A stretch of DNA of 64,000 nucleotides, taken from NCBI GenBank assembly GCA_964016885.1, contig OZ024740.1, forward strand, positions 930,001 through 994,000, read 5' to 3'. Under the pieces are notes generated by a model. It worked only from the letters and a program-made list of their open reading frames with translations, was not told the DNA's origin and ran no database searches. The DNA comes from Eledone cirrhosa (taxonomy: Eukaryota). Below are positions 15,001 to 26,359 of the stretch, piece after piece (the first letter of the stretch is position 1; every line of letters begins with the position of its first letter). The translations under genes were made by a program, and so were the position numbers.

Positions 15001-16943
15001 CTATCACACCATCCCACCCAAGACTACTTTATGTTCTATCATACCAGCCCACCCAAGACTACTTTATGTTCTATCATACCAGCCCACCCAAGACTACTTT
15101 ATGTTCTATCATACCAGCCCACCCAAGACTACTTTATGTTCTATCATACCAGCCCACCCAAGACTACCTTATGTTCTATCATACCAGCCCACCCAAGACT
15201 ACTTTATGTTCTATCATACCAGCCCACCCAAGACTACTTTATGTTCTATCTCACCAGCCGACGCAAGACTACTTTATGTTCTATCATACCAGCCCACCCA
15301 AGACTACTTTATGTTCTATCTCACCAGGTGACGCAAGACTACTTTATGTTCTACGTCACCAGCCCACGCAAGACACCATTAGGTTCTATCATACCAGCCC
15401 TCCCAAGACTACTGTATGTTCTATCATACCAGCCTACTCAAGACTACTTTAGGTTCTATCATAACAGCCCACCCACAACACCTTTATGTTGTATCATACT
15501 ATCCCACCCAAGACACCATTAGGTTCTATCATACCAGACCACCCAAGACACCATTATGTTCTATCATACCAGCCCACCCAAGACTACTTTATGTTCTATC
15601 ATACCAGCCCACCCTAGACTATATTGTTCTATCATACTAGCCCACCCAAGACACCATTAGGTTCTATCACACCAGCCCACCCAAGACTACTTTATGTTCT
15701 ATCATACCAGCCCACCCAAGACTACTTTATGTTCTATCATACCAGCAAATCCAAGACTACTTTATGTTCTATCATACCAGCCCACCCAAGACTACTTTAT
15801 GTTCTATCATACCAGCCCACCCAAGACTACTTTATGCTCTATCACACCAGCCCACCCAAGTCTACTTTATGTTCTATCACACCAGCCCACCCAAGACTAC
15901 TTTATGTTCTATCATACCAGACCACCCAAGACACCATTATGTTCTATCATACCAGCCCACCCAAGACTACTTTGTTCCATCATACCAGCCCACCCAAGAC
16001 ACCATTATGTTCTATCACACCAGTCCACCTAAGACTACTTTATGTTCTATCACACCAGCCCACCCAAGACTACTTTATGTTCTCTCATACCAGCCCACCC
16101 AAGACACCTTTAGGTTCTATCACACCAGCCCACCCAAGTCTACTTTATGTTCTATGATACCAGCCCACCCAAGACTATTTTATGTTCTATCACACCAGCC
16201 CACCCAAGACTACTTTATGTTCTATCATACCAGCCCACCCAAGACACCATTAGGTTCTATCACACCAGCCCACCCAAGACTACTTTATTCTATCATACCA
16301 GCCCACCGAAGACTACTTTATTTTCTATCATACCAGCCCACCGAAGACTACTTTATGTTCTATCATACCAGCCCACACAAGACTACTTTATGTTCTATCA
16401 TACCAGCCCACCCAAGACTACTTTATGTTCTATCATACCAGCCCACCCAAGACACCATTAGGTTCTATCATACCAGCCCACCCACAATACCCTTATGTTC
16501 TATCACACCAGGCTACCCAAGATACCATTAGGTTCTATCATACCAGCCCACCCACAACACCTTTATGTTCTATCACACCAGCCCACCCGAGACACCATTA
16601 TATTCTATCATAGCAGCCCATCCACGACACCATTATGTTCTATCACACCAGCCCACCCAAGACTACTTTATGTTCTATCATACCAGCCCACCAAAGACAA
16701 CTTTATGTTCTATCATACCAGCCCACCCAAGACTACTTTATGTTCTATCATACCAGCCCACCCAAGACTACTTTATGTTCTATCATACCATCCCACCCAA
16801 GTCACCATTAGGTTCTATCACACCAGCCCATCCAAGACCACTTTATGTTCTATAATACCAGCCCACCCAAGACACCATTAGGTTCTATCATACCAGCCCA
16901 CCGAAGACTACTTTATGTTCTATCATACCAGCCCACCCAAGAC
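1..16943. repeat. 35-bp satellite array (consensus CCAGCCCACCCAAGACTACTTTATGTTCTATCATA), about 480 monomers visible, runs off the left edge; lies in UFL1 intron 5
   Basis: Continuous 35-bp periodicity from base 1 to 16943, with two main variants (GACTACTTTAT and GACACCATTAG). ORFs in all three + frames repeat the same 35-aa unit. Confidence 0.98.
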
Positions 16944-17447
16944 CATCAGAACGCCGAACTTCAGAGGCGAAGATGTGCCGCCATGAATGAAGAGGAACTT
17001 GCTGAACAACGCCAACGAAACAGTGGAGCCAAGCAGCGACGGCGTGCTGCGATGGTTAAAGATAAACTGGCTGAGCATCATCTTTTATATTAATTATCTA
17101 TATCTACATATAATATAAACGATTGGAACTTCCATCATCCTTTTGAGAAACGTGGAACAACCACGTCTATGCAATGATACACGTTTTACACTCAGGCAGA
17201 AGATGAACCATCTCCTAGGGGTCACTATTCTAGGTGGGAGCACCTAGAATTGTTCATATACTATGCACAAACGGTACAACGAAGAATCTGGTATATCTGG
17301 AAGATTTTTTTTTACTGTGTTCTTTATCACACAGACACCATGGACTCGCCTCATACTGTAACCAGACAAACATCCAATACAGTCATTTTCTCTTTTACCT
17401 GTCTTCTCATATCTGTTTGCCCGGGCGAAGCTGGGTACGTCAGCTAG
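16944..17447 (+). mobile_element. Internally deleted Helitron remnant (Rep/Hel fragments plus 3' terminus)
   Basis: Translates to HQNAELQRRRCAAMNEEELAEQRQRN (charged N-terminal style), LLRNVEQPRLCNDTR (compare PIF1-type helicase LLRNLxPPRLCNGTR) and SRVGAPRIVHILCTNGTTKNLVY (helicase C-terminus). Ends in hairpin GCCCGGGCGAAGCTGGGT, then CTAG (17444-17447) followed by T. Confidence 0.8.
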
Positions 17448-17467
17448 TAATAATAAGGAATACTTAC

Positions 17468-17598
17468 TTGGTTATAGCACTGAAAAGTCCTCGTACCTGA
17501 GCTCGTATACGAGATACATAAAGCTCAGTATATAGCACATCTTTGTTGGAAGTATCTAGCTGGCCTTTGATTAATTTACCAAGATTCTGCTGGACTAA
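17468..17598 (-). CDS. UFL1: UFL1 coding exon 5 (131 nt): [44 protein letters not shown]
   Basis: Acceptor tctttgcag and donor gtaagt. Phase-0 start matches exon 4. Resembles human UFL1 ...[22 protein letters not shown]. Confidence 0.95.
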
Positions 17599-17803
17599 CT
17601 GCAAAGATAATGTCACACAGTAATATTTAAGGAACTCATGGCATGACTGTTACAGCAAATGTCAGCTCAATGGAGTGTAACAAAAAATAACAAATTGAAA
17701 AGGTGTGTGTTGTGTGTGTGTGTGGGGGGGGGGGGGGTCTTCTTTGTAGAAATATTACATGAAGTTAATAAAGTGTTATAATTTGCCTGAAACATTGTGG
17801 AAT

Positions 17804-18266
17804 GAGATAGACATACAACCAAGAAATAAGTTTGGCTATTTTTAAGACCAACAATTCATATCAGATAAAAGTGCCAAGGTAATGAGAAGTTGAGAAAATA
17901 GAGAAAAGAACTGAGTGATAGAAAGTTACCTTAGCAATTTTGATGATCCCAAATATTTTTGGATTTACCATCCATTATTAAGGGGAGTTTGTAGAGGTGG
18001 CTTAGAGAGAAACCTGAGAAATGCTGTGGGTGGCTATTCAGTTTAATTAAACTCCCTTTAATAATGGATGGTAAATCCGAAAATATTTAGGATCATTAAA
18101 ATTGCTAAGGTAACTTTCTATCGTTCTCACTCTTTTATCTCAGTTCGTTAGTTTTTTTCTTTCTCTATCTATTTTCTCAAATTCTCATTACCTTGGCACT
18201 TATATCTCACACGCATAGTCAGGCTTCCAAATAACCAAACTTATTTCCTAGTTGTATTTCTATCTC
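17804..18266. repeat. Imperfect long inverted repeat (foldback/MITE-like), arms about 190-220 bp, spacer about 58 bp
   Basis: 17804-17990 is the reverse complement of 18049-18266, for example ggatttaccatccattatta versus taataatggatggtaaatcc. Confidence 0.85.
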
Positions 18267-18510
18267 TTACATGAAGATATTGTCTTTAAAACAAAACATG
18301 TTTATCATACCTAAACACATTTATTTCACTGACATCTTCACAGAGAAAACCTTGCTGCATACACTTTGTACACGTTCAGACAAATTAAAAATAAATTATT
18401 TTTGTATAAAAACAAAACTATGCCATCTGATATATTATCTGAACCATTGGAACACTTCTTCAACATCTCCATCTTCCTAAAATGGCAATCTTGCTAAAGT
18501 GATAATTCTT

Positions 18511-21500
18511 ACTAAAGTGGTGACTTTCCGACATCGGAATATTTCTTTTGGAAATATTTCTTTTGGAAATATTCCCTTGGTAGCAGGATTGTGTTCAAGA
18601 AAGGAAGATTTGCAGTTACACTGACTACAAGTGAAGATTTTCAAAATGGCTGCCCGTCTTGCTGATTTTTCTTCTTGCTGTGGGACCTTGTAGTGTGTTA
18701 CGCATGCGCTCTGGCGCCAAATGCTCAGGTTGCGTCTTGCTGAAAATTTTAATCCTGCTTGGCCTTATGATGGAGGTCAGTAATGTTGATCTCTACAGAC
18801 CATTCTTGCCCCTATGATGGAGGTCAGTAACGTTGATCTCTACAGACCATTCTTGCCCATGATGGAGGTCAGTAACATTGATCTCTACAGGCCATTCTTG
18901 CCCTTATGATGGAGGTCAGTAACGTTGATCTCTACAGGCCATTCTTGCCCTTATGATGGAGGTCAGTAACGTTGATCTCTACAGACAATTCTTGCCCCTA
19001 TGATGGAGGTCAGTAACGTTGATCTCTACAGACCATTCTTGCCCCTATGATGGAGGTCAGTAACGTTGATCTCTACAGACCATTCTTGCCCCTATGATGG
19101 AGGTCAGTAACGTTGATCTCTACAGGCCATTCTTGCCCCTATGATGGAGGTCAGTAACATTGATCTCTACAGACAATTCTTGCCCCTATGATGGAGGTCA
19201 GTAACGTTGATCTCTACAGACCATTCTTGCCCCTATGATGGAGGTCAGTAACATTGATCTCTACAGACCATTCTTGCCCCTATGATGGAGGTCAGTAACA
19301 TTGATCTCTACAGACAATTCTTGCCCCTATGATGGAGGTCAGTAACGTTGATCTCTACAGACCATTCTTGCCCCTATGATGGAGGTCAGTAACATTGATC
19401 TCTACAGACAATTCTTGCCCCTATGATGGAGGTCAGTAACGTTGATCTCTACAGGCCATTCTTGCCCCTATGATGGAGGTCAGTAACATTGATCTCTACA
19501 GACCATTCTTGCCCCTATGATGGAGGTCAGTAACATTGATCTCTACAGACAATTCTTGCCCCTATGATGGAGGTCAGTAACGTTGATCTCTACAGACCAT
19601 TCTTGCCCCTATGATGGAGGTCAGTAACATTGATCTCTACAGACCATTCTTGCCCCTATGATGGAGGTCAGTAACGTTGATCTCTACAGACCATTCTTGC
19701 CCCTATGATGGAGGTCAGTAACGTTGATCTCTACAGGCCATTCTTGCCCCTATGATGGAGGTCAGTAACATTGATCTCTACAGGCCATTCTTGCCCCTAT
19801 GATGGAGGTCAGTAACGTTGATCTCTACAGGCCATTCTTGCCCCTATGATGGAGGTCAGTAACATTGATCTCTACAGGCCATTCTTGCCCCTATGATGGA
19901 GGTCAGTAACGTTGATCTCTACAGGCCATTCTTGCCCCTATGATGGAGGTCAGTAACGTTGATCAGTTGGCTTCTTCAGCTGACAAAAAATTAGAGTATT
20001 CTAGTAACAGAATTAATGATGGACTTGCTGCTGTTTCTTCTTCTCCTGCTACAGTAGCAGCTAATATTTCCGACTAATTCAGCTACATTACAGGCTATGC
20101 TGGATTTAACAAGGGAAGTAAAGAAATTATGTGCTACTCAAGATTCTTACCAACGTCGACAATTCAGTTGTTCCTCTTCATCTAGACGACATTCCTTTTC
20201 TCCTGCCTCTTCATTTGCTGGTACCAAGAGTGTTTCGCAGAGAAAGATCATAAATGTATTAAACCATATGTGTATGTGAGTCTGGGAAACACAAGCGCAG
20301 AACACTGAGCATGACAGCTGATCCCAGTACATATCTTCCTAATCGTGCATTTTTCGTTGATGACTTCTTATCACGTAAACTTTTCCTCATGGATTCTGGT
20401 GCTTCTTGCAGTATTTGGCCCATGAAGTTCTGTAAGGATACACCTTCTCCAATTACCCTGCAGGCGGTGAACCATTTACCTATCCAAACATTTGGTCAGA
20501 TCTCGCTTTCTTAGGATTTGAATTTACGTGATTTTAAATGGATATTCGTCATAGCTGACCTGCTGTATCCAATCCTGGGAGCGGATTTTCTCCACCACTA
20601 TTCGCTTTTGGTGGATGTTCATAAACATCTTTTGGATAGTACTACTGACTTTTCAATTCGTGGCAAGAATTCGAGTACTCCATTGGTTAGCCCGGCGTTC
20701 TTCATCACTGCTGCGGGAGATGTGTATCATTCACTTTTGGACTCTTTCCTGGAGCTTACTAACTTAAATTTTCAAGTGAGTAATCCTGCTCACTCTACAA
20801 AGCATTTCATTTCTACGAGCTAAGCTCCAGTGTTTTCTCATCCTCGTCGTTTACCTCCGGATAAACTCAAGGCGGCAAAGGCTGAGTTTGATCATATGCT
20901 GCAACTAGGAATTATTCATCTATCCACCAGTCCATGGGCCTCTCCACTGCATATGGTCCCCAAGGGCTCTGGGGATTGGAGATCTACGGGAGATTTTAGA
21001 AGACTAAATGCCATGATGGTTCCAGATAGATACCCTAACCCTCATGTCCAGGATTTTTCTTCTTCTTCTTACACGGATGTACGGTATTTTCTAAGCTTGA
21101 TCTTGTGCGAGCTTATCATCAGATTCCAGTTAACCCAGAGGATATTCCGAAAACAGCAATAACAACACACTCCGGCTCCTTTGAATTTTTGACAATGTCA
21201 TTTGGCCTCAGAAATGCCGCTAGCACATTTCAGCGATTCATAGATGGAGTCATTTGTGGTCTGGACTTCGTCTATGCATATATTGATTATCTGCTGATTG
21301 CCAGTTCTTCTGCTGAAGAACATATTCATCATTTAAAGCTGCTTTTCCAGCGCTTTCAGGATTTCCAAGTGCGTGTTAACCCTGCTGTGTTTTGGGCTCA
21401 TCTTCTCTTGTTTTTCTTGGCCATGTTATTGATGAAGGTATTCGACTTCTTCCTGTAAAAGTGCAGGCTATTGAGGACCTTCCTCCTCCTTCCCTTCATC

Positions 21501-21548
21501 AGTTGTGCCATTTCCTCGGTTTGCTAAATTTTTATAGACGTTTTATTT
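18511..21548 (+). mobile_element. Decayed Ty3/Gypsy LTR retrotransposon (gag remnant, protease, RT), 3'-truncated
   Basis: Possible LTR end and PBS relic actaaagTGGTGAC (18511-18524). Gag-like QTILAPMMEVSNVDQLASSADK, protease [49 protein letters not shown] and LNFYRRFI. Many stops and frameshifts. Confidence 0.9.
18763..19964. repeat. 47-bp minisatellite, about 25 copies (CTCTACAGACCATTCTTGCCCCTATGATGGAGGTCAGTAACGTTGAT)
   Basis: Period 47 (TATGA at 18766 and 18813). Copies are near-identical and vary mainly at three sites. Confidence 0.97.
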
Positions 21549-21979
21549 CAATCCCTTACATATTAAATATTATTATCATTCCTACAACCAGCTTTGGAAA
21601 TTTAACCAACTTTAATAGAGCTAGTAAGTAATGATAGTGCCTGTCTCGCTACACATGTGTCTCCATTTGTGATCAGATAAATGTATGTTGTAAGGTTCAA
21701 TACCATTACAACATAAACACCAATCAGGGATTGAAATGGCAAGAGCTCAGTCATTTTATATATATATATATATATAAAGGTCTCTCTATCTATATATATA
21801 TATATATGTCCCAAGGCTCTGATACCATCAACACCATAAACACAGAGCTGGCATATCTAAGAACTGACTAACTGCCTGATGTGGTCATAGCCATTCAATG
21901 GCTATCATCGAAATATATATAGCAGTAAATAAAGGATTATGAGTTCATGCAATTGACTTATGTTTCGTCACTATATATA

Positions 21980-22700
21980 TATAGGCTGAGAGTAGGAGGT
22001 TTGCCAATGTTCTGCGACGGGAAGATCAGAGGCGTGCGGTGTTCCACATAGCAAGGCAGTGTGTCAATGCAAATCAGGATGTTGTTGGAGATAAATGTGT
22101 CCGGAACGATGCTGGTGTACTTAGTGTCATGAATGATCAGAAAAAGGAGGCCTGGAAATGTCATTATGAGAGACTGATGACTGTGGAGAACGAATGGGGG
22201 AGAGAGAAATTACCCTCAGTAGATCCGACAGAGGGACCAGCTATTGAGATTGACGAATATAGGGTCCAAGAGGTGATTAAGGAAATGAAAAATGGTAAGG
22301 CTGCTGAGATGCTGAAGGCACTAAACTGGTTGCACGCATCATCTATCAGGTTATATATGGCTTATAGCAGAATCAGTAGAGGAGCTAGAGAATAAATTCT
22401 GGCTATGGAAACAGCAGTCGGAAGCAAGAGGACTGAGAGTGAACATAGCTAAAACAAAAGTAAAAAAAACAAGAGTAGAAAAGAGGACAAAACTCTGATT
22501 CCGTCAGGGAAATGGCCATGTTCGATATGCAGAAAAGGAACTGGCATAAATTCTATAAAATGCACACAATGCAGATCCTGGGTACACAAGAGATGTAGCG
22601 GGATAGCAGGCAAACTAACAGGTAGGGAGAAATATGTATGCAGTAGATGTACAGGGAAATTAGACAGTAGAAGTCGCATAGATAGACACATTTTTGTGAG
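21980..22700 (+). mobile_element. Old RTE-clade LINE ORF2 fragments
   Basis: DVVGDKCVRND..AWKCHYERL..ENEW, and GKWPCSICRKGTG..CTQC..WVHKRCSG. Deleted between the blocks. Confidence 0.8.
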
Positions 22701-23164
22701 CGAGAAGATAGGTTTTAAGTGAGAACCCCGTATTAACGAACAAAAATACCAGATTTGTTTAGTAAATATACGACAAAAACTCCGTATTTTTACAATCAAG
22801 ACAGAAATACAAGAGATTTGTTTTGGAAAATACATGGGGAATGGAAAGAGGATAGAAAAAATGCTGTTGGAAGGGCTGACTACGGAGTTAGGCGTATGTT
22901 AGAAGAGGTGGAAAAATGAGTACATTACATTTTAACCATGAATGGATGAAGTTACAGCCACAAGTTTGGCGAAAGTGAATTACTTTGTCTTATATATGTA
23001 TCTGGGTTGGGTAGAGAGAGAGAGAGAGGGGTGGGTGGTGGTGGTGGTCGCGATTTGACCGCATGTTGTAGAGTGTGGTGGATGGGAAAGGAGATATTAA
23101 GGAGCGGGAAATAAATATATATATATATATATAAAACAGTATAACTAACTATACATATATATAT

Positions 23165-23501
23165 ATCATTTCATTTCATTTTACATCCACTTTTCCCTGC
23201 TTGCAAGGGTGGGACGGGAACTGATTCTGACTTGATTTCTATAGCTGGATGCCCTTCCTAACACCAACCTCATTCACAGTGAGTGCTGGGTGCTTTTTTG
23301 CCATGGCACCTCCACGACCACTTTACAGTGGAATGATAGGGGCCCAAGTCCCTATCATCTCATTTCTACAGCTAAGTAAACTGGAGCAATGTGAAATAAA
23401 GTGTCTTGCTCAAGGAAACAACACATCACCCGGTTTGACAATTGAACTCACAACCTTTCGATTGCAAGACCAATGCTCTAACCACTAAGCCATGTGCCTC
23501 C
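23165..23501 (-). mobile_element. tRNA-derived SINE with RTE-type 3' tail
   Basis: Head GGAGGCACATGGCTTAGTGGTTAGAGC (A box) and GAGTTCAATT (B box), central TTGAGCAAGACACTT, tail GTTAGGAAGGGCATCCAGCT shared with local RTE LINEs. Confidence 0.85.
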
Positions 23502-23556
23502 ATAAAACATTATATATATATATATATAAAACAGTATATCTAACTATATATATATA

Positions 23557-24058
23557 TCATCATCATCATCACCATTTTACGTCCGTTCTTCCACGCTACC
23601 ATGGGTTAGATGGGTTGTCCTGTTGTGGGCAGTGTCCGGTCGGTTGACCTTGTCTTGCTCATACGGGAACTGATTCTGGTTTGATTTCTACAGCTGGATG
23701 CCCTTCCTAACACCAACCTCATTTACAGTGAGTGCTGGGTGCTTTTTTTCCGTGGTGCCTACACGTCCACTTTACAGTGTGGGCTGGTTGCGTTTTTGCC
23801 GTGGCACCTCCACGACCAGTTTGCAGTGGGAGGGTGTGGGGCATATTGTCTATATACTTCAGCTTTGGCTTGTACCTGTGGGGTGTCGGGTCTTTTGTAT
23901 TACTGCGTGACACCAGAGGTCACGGTCGTGTGTCATCGCCTTTGAGGTGTAATTGGGTAAGGTCGGCTTTTATCACCTCATCACAGGACTTCTTGGGTCT
24001 CCCCACTCCGCTGTTTCCATCGACTTCTACTGCGCTGCACCTTTTTATGCAGCTGTCA
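23557..24058 (-). mobile_element. RTE LINE 3' end (5'-truncated)
   Basis: DSCIKRC..VEVDG..GVGRPKK C-terminus, 3' UTR and (GAT)n tail. Confidence 0.85.
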
Positions 24059-24127
24059 TATATATATATATAAAACAGTATATCTAACGATATATATATA
24101 TATATAACAGTATATCTAACTATATAT

Positions 24128-25866
24128 ATCATCATCATCATCATCGTTTAACGTCCATCTTCCACGCTAGCATGGGTTTGGACGGGAATTTTCCCACTTG
24201 AGGCAACATTGGTTGTCTTGCTCGTATAGGACTGTCTGGCGGGTTTTCTATGGCTGGATGCCGTTCCTAACACCAACCACGTTTACAGTGTGGACTGGGA
24301 GGTTTTTACCATTACCTACACGGCCACATTACAGCGTGGACTGTGTGTTTTTTTGTCGTGACACCTACACGACCTCATTTATTTAGGACTGGATGTTGTG
24401 GTACCAGTATAACTTTACATCGAAAGGGGTGGTGTGGATGGGGTGGGGGTAGTGGGACAGGGGTGTATTTTGGTTAAGAGGTGCCTACTAACTGTAGGTT
24501 TCGCTTTGCACTTAGGCAAGGCGGGTCTACTGTATTACTGCATAGCGCCAAAGATCTCGGTCCAGTGACATTGTCTTGGAGAGGTGTAAGTGTGTGAGGT
24601 CGGAATTTATCAAGTCGTCCAGGTTTTTCTGGGTCTGCCTACTCCGTGACTACCGTCTATTTTGATCGGCCTGCACTTTTTTATACAGCTGTCGTCTTTC
24701 ATGCGCATCACGTGACCATACCAACGTAGTCTTCTCTCGAGTAAACAGCATCTGATCCCTCTTATTCCTAATTTCTCACTTAGTTCATTTATGCTTTGCC
24801 GTTTACGTATATTACTATTACACATCCAACGGAGCATGCAAGCTTCGTTCCTTTCCAGTCTATGCAGGTCCTCTGCACACAATGCCGAAGTCTCACTGCC
24901 ATGTAACATTGCTGTTCGTATGCAGGCATCATACAGCCTGCCTTTCATTTTTAGAGAGAAACCTTTAGTGGCTAATAGTGGTATAAGCTCTCTGAACTTT
25001 TTCCATCCCGTTCTGACTCTAGCTACTGTACTTTCAGAGCACCCTCCACTACTGCTGTTTTGTCACCCAAGTAATGGAAGGTGTCCACTATTTCTATAGA
25101 ACCAGCTGTGCAATAGAATGAGCTAGTATTCTGTGGGCACTTGCTGCTACTTATTGCACCTGAGCACCGGCCACATATAAAATCTATATTCTTAGTTAGC
25201 TTACCTGTGATCCCACTACATCTTTTATGCACCCATACTTTGCATTTGGGACATAATATGGAGTTTCTGCCTACTCCTTTCCTACACACTGAGCATGGCC
25301 ATTTCCCAGATGGGACCAGTGCCCTATTTTCCTTACAACATACGAGAACTTTAGTCTTAGACAGGTTAATTTTAAGGCCTTTTGATTCTAGGCCATGCTT
25401 CCATGTTTGGAATTTCTTCTCTAGTTCAGCCATTGATTCAGCTATAAGCGTTAGATCATCAGCGTATAGGAGTTCCCATGGGCAGCCGGTCTTGAACTCC
25501 TCTGTTATAGCCTGAAAGGCAATAATAAATAGGAGGGAGCTAAGGATGGAGCCTTGATGAACAACTTTTACGCTAAACTCTTCACTATATTCGTTGTTAA
25601 TTCTAACCTTGCTGACTGTTTCTTTATACATGGCTTGTATAGCTCTCACAAGCCATTTATCAACACCTAGTGTTCTGAGAGCCCACCAGAAAATGGGGTG
25701 TGGGACTCTGTCAAAGGCTTTCTCCATGTCAACAAAAGCTAAGTATAGGGGTTTACTTTTAGCTAGGTACTTCTCTTGTAGTTGTCGTACAATGAAAAGA
25801 GCTTCTGTGGTACTTTTACCTGACACAAACCCGAACTGCATTTCATCTAAATCAATTTGCTATCTG
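24128..25866 (-). mobile_element. RTE LINE, 5'-truncated (RT domain to 3' UTR)
   Basis: MQFGFVSGKSTT..AFVDMEKAFDRVP..HQGS..LLYADDL, WYGHVMR..GRPRKTW and a (GAT)n tail. Confidence 0.92.
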
Positions 25867-25963
25867 ATTGTATATAAATATATACATATACAAAACAGTA
25901 TATCTAACTATATATATATAAAACAGTATATCTAACTATATATATATATATATATAAAATAGT

Positions 25964-26310
25964 ATCATCATCATCATCATCATTTCATTTTTACGTCCGC
26001 TTTTCCCTGCTTGCAAGGGTGGGACGGGAACTGATTCTGGCTTGATTTCTACAGCTGGATGCCCTTCCTAACACCAACCTCATTTACAGTGAGTGCTGGG
26101 TGCTTTTTTGCCGTGGCACCTGCACGCCCACTTTGCAGTGGAATGATAGGGACTCCAGTCCCTATCATCTCATTTCTACAGCTGAGTAAACTGGAGCAAT
26201 GTGAAATAAAGTGTCTTGCTCAAGGAAACAACACATAACCCAGACTGAGAATTGAACTCACAACCTTTCGATTGCAAGGCCAATGCTCTAACCACTAAGC
26301 CATGTGCCTC
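25964..26310 (-). mobile_element. tRNA-derived SINE (same family as 23165-23501)
   Basis: Near-identical head, core and RTE-type tail. Confidence 0.85.
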
Positions 26311-26359
26311 CAGTATATCTAACTATATAGATATATATAAAACAGTGTATCTAACTATA

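Noticed and set aside
92-16881. Dozens of long + strand ORFs (up to 1071 aa) with the repeat MFYHTSPPKTTLCSIIPAHPRLLYVLSYQPTQDYF
   Set aside because: The 35-bp consensus has no stop in any + frame, so all three frames give the same peptide. Single-base indels switch frames freely, and the array is antisense within a UFL1 intron.
18763-19964. CRISPR-like regular repeats (also considered for the 35-bp and 42-bp arrays)
   Set aside because: Units are head-to-tail with no unique spacers, there are no cas genes, and the context is a spliceosomal eukaryotic gene.
21602-21814. Short minus-strand ORF as an extra UFL1 exon
   Set aside because: It has no UFL1 similarity, and exons 4 and 5 already join in phase with no gap relative to the known protein.
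23420-23501. tRNA gene candidates (also near 26230-26310, 30120-30200, 42085-42170, 43770-43849, 51898-51970)
   Set aside because: A and B boxes are present, but I could not fold a full cloverleaf, and each continues into a SINE body.
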